Both the position numbers and the translations under genes were made by a program. The notes below the pieces were generated by a model. It was not told the DNA's origin. It was given only the letters and a program-made list of their open reading frames with translations, and searched no databases. This document shows, in pieces, positions 10,065 to 19,751 of a stretch of 28,869 nucleotides of DNA; within the stretch, counting starts at the first letter, position 1, and every line of letters begins with the position of its first letter. The DNA is from Tubiluchus corallicola (lineage: Eukaryota > Animalia > Priapulida): positions 1-28,869 of the forward strand of contig JAQGDQ010001697.1 of the NCBI GenBank assembly GCA_030141605.1. The letters run 5' to 3'.

Positions 10065-10643
10065 TAGACTTTCGCACCTGAACATCACATATTTTGCCAA
10101 GCTTGTCACATGACTAAATGTTGCAAAGTCAAATTTGTTCCTATTTTACAAACACAGCTTGGTCCTATTGTTCATAAAAATCACTTGCTAGCCCCGATTC
10201 AATAACATGAAAATGTAAAAACTTCAAATGCTCTTTACTGTCAAATCAGCCTCTTCAAATTTTTACGATGATAAGCATCACTTTGTAAAACTTCCGCTGG
10301 TGAGCCTATTTCTTTTTTCGTGAAAAAATTCAAACTGTTTTCTAGATTGTTTGATGTGCACGTGATTTTTGGTTTGGAAATTATTCATTGATCTGTGATT
10401 TAGATTTTCATTTTATTGTATTATAAGTAAATATTCTTAAATGTTTTCTGGCATATATATTAATTAAACATAAATAAATTATATTTGCTTAAAACCACTA
10501 CATTCGTTAAGCTTTTTGTGTCATTTTTTCAAGTTTTTTGTCCTGTAGAGATTATTATAATATTTATACCAATGGCATCTTGGTAGGCCTTCGTACCTGA
10601 ACATCACATATTTTGCCCAAGCTTGTTAGCTGATTAAATGTTG
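10065..10643 (+). repeat. ~60-bp direct repeat pair (10065-10123 and 10584-10643)
   Basis: TTCGYACCTGAACATCACATATTTTGCC(C)AAGCTTGT...AAATGTTG at both sites. Confidence 0.85.
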
Positions 10644-11099
10644 GTATGAAAGGGTTCTAACTGAGAGTCTAGGTTTACATTACAATGCGCTAATACAATA
10701 ATGTATGTCTGTATAACATTAGATAACAGTACTTAGGCTGGTATCTGTATATAAACAAGTTAATTTATCGGGATTTACAGCCTAATTATTAAACTTTGTT
10801 GTAACATACAAAAATAGTAAGTGCACTTTTTAATTAGCATGAAATCAGACGCAAATAACATGTTGTCATTATGTCTGACACAATTTACAAAGGAAAAATC
10901 ACCTTTACATAAGCACTGAGTGAAACCTGCTAACATGATAGCAATTAGAGTTGCTATACTTAATTAAGAATGAAAGAGATGCTATTCAGCTCATAATGCA
11001 AAAATTACTTTACAAAAGTGAAATTAGTTCCCATTCATTAACTGAGGATGTCAAATTTTTGCTCATTGTTACTCAAGCAATTTAGGAATTCTTCTCGTA

Positions 11100-12010
11100 G
11101 TTTGTGATTTTGTTGGGAAGCGTTTCGCTAACCAGGACGGTAACAATATTTAATTAATAAATCATAACTTTTCCTGACTCCTGAGCTAGTCTAAGTACGT
11201 GCCTGCAGCAGTCATGGGCATGCATTGCAGATGGCGTGGCAGATGTGTCTGGAAGCTTGGGATGTTTTAGAACGAATGAGCAAGCAAACGACGACGATGA
11301 AAGATATAAGAAGGATTCAGTAATAAAGTGTAATAAGCGAGTGCTTGTGCAACTAGCAAAATCACGTGAAAGTCGTGATCAGTTCATTCTTCCACCAATG
11401 ACGTTTATCGAGTGAGGAAAACCAGCACATTGTTCATTTCCGTCAAAAGTATTGTACTACTGGGCTGTGGTGAAATGAAATGTAATGCTGGCAGAATACA
11501 GTAGACATCTCAGGTGTGCATGTGAACGTGGCTTTATCTAGCACAGACTCGTATTCTGACCTTGTGTTAGCAAAAGCCACTAGTCACGTGCACACCTGAG
11601 CTTATAAAAAGGGAAGGTTTGCTGTAGACCCTTGTCAGTGGTCGTGTCTTTCATTGCAGCTCTGTTCACATTTCACAGGCTTTGCCGCAAACTCCGTTCT
11701 TCTGGGTAAGCTGTTTGTTCCTCATTGGGGGTGTGATATTTAGTAATAAATTGTCATTTTGACTCTATTATTCGGGTTTTGTTTTGGTTAAGGCGTTGAA
11801 GGACTTAATTGGGACATGCCGCACGGTGTGGGCCGCGGTGCCATCCGTCCTGCCTCCGTTATGAGCGGACAGTAGTCCAGTATGATAAGTTTTTATACAA
11901 AAAAGTTAGAATGCCAACTTCGTGACATTGGGTGAGCTGCAGAAGTTTGAATTAGTTTAATTAAGCTGAGCACGCTTATGAGAAGCCACGAAGTTCACCA
12001 GTTACATCAT
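11100..12010 (+). mobile_element. GC-richer island, possibly an LTR remnant, with Pol II promoter-like signals
   Basis: CACGTG 11585, TATAAAA 11603, TCAGT 11635, donor GTAAGC 11706, AATAAA about 11745. Candidate ends GTGACA (11922-11927) or GTTACA (12001-12006), but no TSD found. Confidence 0.3.
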
Positions 12011-12716
12011 AATCTTCAAGTGAGCTGCAGCTACCACTGCACCTGAAAATTTTCTATGCATTATAAATTATGAACTACAGTGTAAGTTAAAATAAGCTTT
12101 ACAAGCAGTTTTTTTTTTCAAAATTCTTTTTGTATTAACAAATAACTAATGTAAGTAACTACCACGTAGAAGGGTTATTATTTATCTGGAGTTTATTTTA
12201 TCTGGTCGTTATGTCTGAACTGCAGCTGAGGGCAACTCAATTCAGGTAAATCAACCACTATATATAATTACAGGTGTGACAATTGTCATTACAAGTCGGG
12301 AAAGACAACTGGCTTTGATATGTTATAAAATATGTTATAAAATGTTATAAAAATAAATAAAATAAAAAATAAAAGTAGTTATTTCATAGAAAAAATTATC
12401 ACAAAATATACACAACAAAATTAATAAAAACTTAAGACAAAGTTTTGTACAACAATTTTTATTTTTGCTACAACACTTTTTATCATTATTACTATGAATA
12501 AAATATTTTCACAGTCATATCTAACTAAGCTGAGATAATCTACGTTGAAGTTGAGGTGCAGGCTGCACACTGAAAAACAATCTTGAGAAAATCGCTGTTA
12601 AAATTAGCCATTGTTTTTTGTCGTGTTTCTACAAAACACTTAGCAACCGTACGAAATTTTGGTCGCTATGGACTTTCAACAGCACATTGAAGTTATGTTT
12701 AAATCCAGTAGATGGC

Positions 12717-12800
12717 TCTTCCTGATGAAGATCTGGGCAGCAGCAGAAAACTCGAAGCAAAATAACCATTTCAACGAGCTACTATCAAAGTTTGAAAATA
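12717..12800 (+). mobile_element. Degenerate Penelope-type pLTR/hammerhead remnant
   Basis: CTTC-CTGATGA-agatctg...cag-GAAA-actc-GAAG: helix I CTTC/GAAG encloses the core boxes, helix II is damaged. Confidence 0.45.
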
Positions 12801-13081
12801 CAAGTTTTTTACAATTGCAGTACTAGTTTTTAGACAGAGAAGTTGATACGTGGTTATAAAATAAGACTTTTTAGTATTTTTCACACTTTCCTGATGATTT
12901 GATGCTAGTATATGAAAGTCCATGATATTAATTTTAGCATTTGTTTTTATAGAAAACAAAACTTTGACATTATGTGAATAACTAGAAAAGCTTAATTTCG
13001 CTGTGCAAGCACAAATATTACACACGTTTTACATTTGGAGTATTGGCAGCCAGACATTTAAGAACAATCATAATAAAATTT

Positions 13082-13518
13082 TGTATAAGCGATGATGCAG
13101 TGCGATTACGGTTTACTTACTTTGAATAAACTAAAAAGTTTTCTCTGGATAGGTCTCTCTGAGAGTTCTCGCAACGTATAATGGATTTTGTCTGTGTTGC
13201 GGAGATCTGGAATATTCTATAAGATAGTAGAACAATATTCTTACCTTGTAGAAGATTCGAGAGCTTTCTATACGCGATGTGCGTAGACGTTTCCAGATTG
13301 TTCATTTGCACTGATATATAAGGCTCAGCTGGCTGCTCGAGTTTATTCTCGTATTCTCAGATTCTCAGATACGCTTTCTCGCTTTCACATTTCCAGATTA
13401 TCACATTTACTGTAAACATTTCGCGTTCCTTCATACTTTTGTGTAGTAGAATTGTCGTACTATAAATTTCAATTCTCCCGCGACACTCACCGCGCCATTA
13501 AGTGACGTCACCTACACA
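13082..13518 (+). mobile_element. Probable solo LTR (437 bp)
   Basis: Begins TGTATA and ends TACACA (5/6 inverted match), flanked by AATTT / AATGT (4/5, candidate 5-bp TSD). Internal TATATAA at 13315. Confidence 0.5.
13250..13321 (+). promoter_or_regulatory. Heat-shock element array plus TATA box
   Basis: aGAAg-aTTCg-aGAGc-tTTCt (13250-13269): four alternating nGAAn units with one mismatch, about 45 bp before TATATAA. Additional gGAAtaTTCt at 13209. Confidence 0.5.
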
Positions 13519-14087
13519 AATGTAAATCAGGGGAAAAAAGGAAACGTTGACTTATGTCCCAAAAAACTTTCCATGCAAATCTATATTACGTAACATTTCG
13601 TTTACCTGCTGGAAAAACTTATGTAACTAGAAATAATAATTGGTAAAATGTCGTTGACTCACCTCTATGGTGCAACGCTCACTAACCCAAAAAGTAGTTC
13701 TAATCTTATTGACAAGATGCAGTAATTTTAAATTTTATTTAGTTAGTGACGTGTGCGCTATGAATGCCTGATTATTTTGCAAAGTCCACACAATGGTATC
13801 TAAACTTGTTTCAAATGACCTATGATCATAAGGGCTGCGTCTAACGGTCATTGCGGGAGTTTAAATTTACATGTTTTATACAGCGTTATTGCGGACGCCA
13901 GGCTAATATGCAAAAAGGCAGCATGTAAGTGGTATAAAATTTCAAAAGGAATTTTTTAAGTTTTATGTAAGTGTAGAGCTTGTGCTTTAAGATTCGGAGT
14001 AAAAATATCTCAAATGTTAGTTATATAGATTCTCTATTGAAGAAATTAGCCAGGGCTCATCTCTATCTCTCTGGAAAACTGCAACGG

Positions 14088-14235
14088 TGCTACAAGAATT
14101 ACTTTCCCCCCCTCTCTCTCTCTTTCTTTCTTTTCACGACTGCTACACTGCTACGCTGCTACAACAGTTACCCTCCCCCTCTCTCTCTGTTTCTCTTTCT
14201 CTCTCGCAACCACTGCTACACTGCTACACTACACA
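14088..14235. repeat. ~70-bp duplicated unit containing (CT)n and CTGCTACA repeats
   Basis: GCTACAA..TTAC..CCCCCTCTCTCTCT...ACTGCTACACTGCTAC occurs twice. Confidence 0.75.
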
Positions 14236-14605
14236 AGTAAAACTTGCGCTTTTGTATCATTATGCCGTTTGTTACTCGAATGATATTTCTGCACAGTAAA
14301 AGTTCGTTTTGCATCCATTTGTTCGACAATGACAAATCAAACTATAAAATGGAACATTAATTTTTTACCTGCTTTTAAGTAATATAATGCTCCCAAGGAC
14401 CAGATCTTTTCGAAGCATTTACCAAAATAAAAAAGATTTTAGCGTCATAGCTTCCCTGTGTTGTTTATTTCTGACTGGTAGAAGCCATCTTTAGTAAAAT
14501 TAACAAGTACATCTGGGACAATTTAATACAACACAATACGAGGTCAAGCATTTGTATTTGGTTAACAGATATAAAATACTTTCTTGCAACATACATTTCA
14601 CTTTA

Positions 14606-14607
14606 GA

Positions 14608-14639
<32 letters not shown>

Positions 14640-14699
14640 AAAAAAAAAAAAAAAAAAAAAAGCAAAACAAAAGAGAGAGAAAGATAAAGAGATAAAGAG

Positions 14700-14760
<61 letters not shown>

Positions 14761-14862
14761 GAGAGATGGAGGAGAGAGAGAGAGAGAGAGAGGGGGGAGA
14801 GGGAGGGAGAGAGAGAAAGATGGAAAAAGAAAGAGAGAGAAAGAGAGAGAAGAGAGAGAGAG
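14606..14862. repeat. (GA)n polypurine tract with poly-A
   Basis: Direct reading. Confidence 0.97.
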
Positions 14863-15237
14863 AGTCTAGCTTTCAAGACACAAGATTGCGCAGTACACAA
14901 TTTATTACACCAAAGTGCCTTCCATACTCATATATGAAATGCAAAATGTATTGGTGGAAATTTGGAAAATTTTTACGAAAATTATTAATACAGCAGTTTT
15001 TAGTATTTTTTCATCATATTTTTAATAACATCTTTTCAGAAAATCGATTATATTGTGATTGCAATATGAGCTGGATGAAATCCGTACAATAGAATGTGTC
15101 TCTTGTTGACTGTCTGAGACCGCCTGTGAAAAATGTCTCCCTCAATTCATTTAGAAAACTGTGTGAAGTTTTAGCAAACGATATATGCAAAACGTCCTTT
15201 AGCCCATATGCCAAAGAGTGTGAAGCTCAACAAGTCT

Positions 15238-15324
15238 GCTGTAGATGGGATCTTGTCTTCATGATGATACTGTACAGCTTAACAAATCAGCTGTAGATGG
15301 GATCTTGTCTTCATGATGACACTG
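15238..15324. repeat. 35-bp direct repeat at 52-bp spacing
   Basis: GCTGTAGATGGGATCTTGTCTTCATGATGAYACTG at 15238 and 15290. Confidence 0.9.
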
Positions 15325-16730
15325 GCTGGCTGTTCACGTTTGTTTGCTTTGTCTTAGAGTTTGAATTAGAATCAGTAAATTAAGATCATTTAATTTGGCT
15401 GTTATACAATAATGTGGCAAATCCTGTAGGTCTAAAATTCTATATTTTGTTTTGAATAATTAGAAAAGTTCTAGAAAAACAAACTTTTTTATCTTTTTAC
15501 ATCAAATATGTTGAAAGTGTTTTAGATCTTTCGGTTCTTTCTTCAATTTGGAATCAAGCTCAGCTGTGCCTCGATTTGTCAAATTATAAATTATAAAATG
15601 TAATTGTGGAAGTTGGAATTGTACATGGTAATTAGGTGCTGCCATCTATGGGCTAGTCCTGTTACATTCTACTAGCTGACCTACCCTCATTATAATTGTA
15701 TGGTCCAGGGAATGCACACCGGTCCTCTCCCTAGTTGAAATTAATGGTTGTTGTGAAGCCTGTGCAAGTCTGGATAGGTCACCTATACCTGTAATTACTG
15801 ACTGTTTTTGCTTTCTAGTCACTCTCACTCTCAGTGTTCAGTGCAGCAGTTGTGCTACTCTTGTTTCTGAAGTTTTAATAAACACTTTTCTGTTGAGTGC
15901 AGTGCAAATATGTATTGTAGATTTTTATTCCTATTCATACTTCTCTGTGCCTAAACTCAATCATAACAAAGTGAGTGAACAACAACTTCAAAATGACTTT
16001 CACAGTAATATAAATATAATGTGTAAATTATTATATATTACAAATTATATAATAGCCATAAGATTGTGGTATAATTTTAAGATACAAAAAAAATTGACAT
16101 AACATACAGTACATATTGTACTGTATTGTGGATGTAGAACAAGATGTAGCAAGGATTTCTGATACATTTTCTTGTATGCTTCTATTTGCTATCCATTTTT
16201 TGTGGCTTAACAAAACCCACAACTCAATTATCTGATTGTAACTGGAGTTGAGAACAACAGCAAAATCATTCTTTTATCTTCCTCATAAGTCATAAGTCAT
16301 TTATTTCACCTTACACATTTACAATAGTTTCATGTACAATATCTAGAGAAAGGGCCTACAGTGGACATAATACAAATAAGAAATACTGCACAGGAAAAGC
16401 CTCAAACACTGTTCACTTATACACGAAGGTAAATGTGTTGCGGGCAATCAAAAAGCAGGGCTTGTTAGATTGTCCCACACAGTGATAGAAAAAAAAGTAA
16501 TGGAGATAATCTGAAAACTTAAAGTGAATCGTATGATAAAAACATTTAGTGCTTAAAATGGAATGATGTAATGAATGAAGCTCACATATGAGATGATATA
16601 AAAGATAGAAAGACTATTATTTGTTAATAGTATGTAAAATTAAAATAGCTTGATTAAGTCCTATTACTTCCTATTACTTTATTAAAAATCTTGTTACCTA
16701 TACATGCTGCTACTTACAAGAAAAAGAAAT

Positions 16731-17038
16731 ACACACACTCGCAGCTCATGCTTGAGCACAGCTGTAATTTTAAATTTGAATTTTTATCTTAAGACTTGCC
16801 TAGGTTTAGTACAACACACTGAATATCTTACAGTTGTACTTCAATTTTCGCATTCGCAAACACGTGCAGCACGCTCGAGGAATGTTTTTGAAGTTGAAAA
16901 CTAAAATGTTAGTTTCTGATGTCATCAATAATTGGGCTCGCGCGCCGTTAATTAAGTTTTCAATCAATGATTTAATTATCAGAAAGGATTTTGCTGTATT
17001 ATTAAAATGTATACTTTTACCGTACTTGAAAATGGGGT
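16731..17038 (+). mobile_element. Third, partial copy of the same element
   Basis: aaatttgaatttttatcttaa, tgtacttcaattttc, cgcaaacacgtg..cgctcg and acttgaaaatgggg are shared with the other two copies. Confidence 0.75.
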
Positions 17039-17414
17039 AAAATATTAGCGGGACGACTAGTATTTCAGCATAGTAAAAATAATACCAAACACTAAAGCAC
17101 AAACCAAACAATGCTAAAATACACACGCAATGCAAAACACAAATCGAGCAATAATAAGGACATGTTCTAGAAACATACTACTAATGAAATATGAAAAAGC
17201 CTTGCTAGTCAACTCTTACAAATGCTATACACCTTGTAAAGCTTAAACGTGTCCAATAAAAGAAGTATGCACAAATTTTTATAAAAAAAGTATAGAAAAT
17301 GATAAGTAAACGATGTTGTCTACTCAGTCCATTGCAAATTGTCTGTTCTTGGGGCACTCTCCACATGATCTTTTTTTAATACCGATCTAAATGATAACTT
17401 ACTTTAGTAATACT

Positions 17415-17673
17415 ATTGGTTGGTTGGTTGGCATCCTTGTCTCGGAATACAATGGAGTGTGTGCCAAGAGAGTCAGTTATTGATCACATTGATGGAGCTG
17501 CAGCGTCAACTGTGGCTGAGCAGTCGGATCTTTGAACGTCTCCGGGGCGCACGCCTGGGCAAGGTGTATGAAGATCCTGAGTTGCCCAGACAACAGGAAG
17601 CCCCTCTCTTCCTCCCTGGTGTAGTCCAAAGGAAAGCGGAGTGATACGTTTGGCACCAGGTTGGCTGCAGGAG
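17415..17673 (+). mobile_element. RTE-clade LINE 5' UTR-like fragment (or RTE-related SINE)
   Basis: GC-rich block starting after (TTGG)n with GGCATCCTT.GTCTCG and containing CGTTTGGCACCAG..TGGCTGCAGGAG, which I recall from RTE 5' regions. Not verified by search. Confidence 0.45.
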
Positions 17674-18000
17674 TAATACTATTAGAAGTGTGTAATTGCT
17701 GACTTTTTCCACATTACTAAGCATATGTATGAGAGATGTAGAGTTGGCTTGGCTATAGTCCTACACTCTCCATCTGCCCACAGGTGAGCTTCTTACAATG
17801 TGACAGGTTTAAAATCTATTAGGTAACGTGGATTTTTTACTTCCGTTACCCACTTTAATGTGCTTATTTGTCTTTATCTAATATTTCATGGACGGATTTC
17901 CGACTTCAAACAACCCTATGTTTTTAAGGTTTTTTATTTGTCTATACTACATTAGGCGTGAGTTTTCCTGGAAGTTGGCATATCCGTATCTCACTAATGT

Positions 18001-18328
18001 CCTTACCTTAGACCTTAGTCCTTCCTGTCCACAGATGCACATTGGGCAGACAGCATTTTCCACTGGGTTCTATCGGCAGTTTCTCTTTCGATGTTCTCCC
18101 AACGTCTGTTCATAGCCTGAAAGTCTTCTTTGAAAGATCTGTGCCACGTTGTTTTTGGCCGACCTCTTTTCCTTTTTCCACCAGGTGGTTCCCAGCGTAA
18201 CACTATTTTGGAGTGGCGTTGTTCTGGTAGGTGGAGAATATGTCCAGCCAATCTCAGCCTTCTCTCTGCGACTATTTCCTGCAACCGCCTTGACTGCGCC
18301 TGCTGTAGGACTTCCACATTGGTAACAC
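18001..18328 (-). mobile_element. 5'-truncated RTE-clade LINE 3' end
   Basis: VTNVEVLQQA...RRLRLAGHIL...GKRKRGRPKTTW...DRTQWK is the typical post-RT C-terminus of RTE elements. The stop is followed by a short TAAGG-type repeat tail (18001-18017). Confidence 0.88.
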
Positions 18329-19045
18329 TTACTGGTTTAAGTGCTTTAAAGCTGCTCCAATAAAGTAACTTTCTGCTGTGTGATTTGTAATTTATTTATG
18401 AATTACTATTTTACATGACAACTAAAAAATAAAAGGTTTTTGCAAATAAATGAACAAGTTCTTAGTAAAGCTTAAGAAAAAAGTTATGGTGTTCCTAAAA
18501 AAAACTTTAGCACTTCTGGATGTAAACGCTTTCTTTATGCTCTCTATAATTTTAGGTGATTTATTTAGGTACAGTGTTTCTATTCATTGTCAATGAATCA
18601 ATGTTTCAATGTCTAATTCATTCTGTAAATGCATTTAAAACATTATCTAACCATAACAAAGATAAGGTCATTGTAAAAACTTAAAAATGGTAAAGTTTTG
18701 GATATGTTCTCAAACTGCATTAAAATTTGGCATACTGATTTTAACCCAGTTTTTAATTAATAGGTCCAGTTTGATTTTTGTGGCAGGCTTGCAAACAGGA
18801 ACCCAACCAATACAGAATTATTTACTACCAACGAAATATTGAAAAAATGGAACAAAGGGTTGCCACATTGAAAATAAATTTTTAATTCATAATTGTAAAT
18901 TCTTTGCAAAAACAACAGGAGAAAATTTTTTGCATTGTTCTAAGACAATTACTATTACTGAAATAGAGCAAAAGTTCCAAAGCGTTTTAGAAAGTCGTTT
19001 CTTTGAACAATTCAAAATTTTTTCAAAAGTTTGTTGTAGTCAACC

Positions 19046-19691
19046 ATGTTCAATAATAATTTTTTGTTTACTGCATTGATATTTGGATATTTCGTTGTTA
19101 TTACATTTAAATCAATTCAGCAGACACACGGAGTACATATGACCGTGCATGGATGTGGAGCTGAATGGTGGAGACGAAACTGTACTTTTGTTGTAATTGC
19201 TGAGGGCTACAAATCCGGCAAACACTTCTGCGAAGTTTTGTGTGGTATAAAAGAGCCACTTGATAAAATAGCACTTGGTGAAGTAGTTGGTGCATTGAAA
19301 AATAAGTTATTAGAAATCACAATTTTTAACTACGATGATCCGACTTTACCTGATTACTTTCTAGACGAAAAAAAAGTAACTGTTTTGCAGATTAAAGAGT
19401 CTAAGAAACTCGAAACTATTGACAGTGATGCTTTCTATGGAGATGTTGACCATATAATATTGGAGGACAATTATGAACTAAAAACGATACATCCAAAAGC
19501 TTTTTCAAGATTAGACAACCTAACCATGTTGAAAATCCAGAATTCGTTAAAACTGGACATAACAAGCTTAGACTTTTCATCAAACCCAAAGATCTCAATG
19601 TTTGCGATAGTATCAACAGCTACAAATTATTTAACAAGGCCAATCTTTCCCCCAAATCTTCCAGCAGAGAAAATATCCTTCTATATTGGGG
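19046..19691 (+). CDS. Gene B coding exon 1: signal peptide, Cys cap and leucine-rich repeats (extracellular LRR protein)
   Basis: caaccATG context, hydrophobic N-terminus, LRRs such as LQIKESKKLETIDSDAF and ILEDNYELKTIHPKAFSRLDNLTMLKI. Donor GTAAGT at 19692, phase 1. Confidence 0.9.
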
Positions 19692-19751
19692 GTAAGTTGT
19701 TTTTTCGAAATGTACTATTGCAGCAGATTGAAGTAAATTGATTGAGCAGTT

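Noticed and set aside
14584-15092. Arg/Glu-rich and Leu/Ser-rich ORFs
   Set aside because: (GA)n microsatellite.
19692-19741. Gene B as a single-exon 231-aa protein, and 27971-28651 as a separate gene
   Set aside because: Strong donor and acceptor sites with matching phase rebuild an intact LRRCT motif across the intron.
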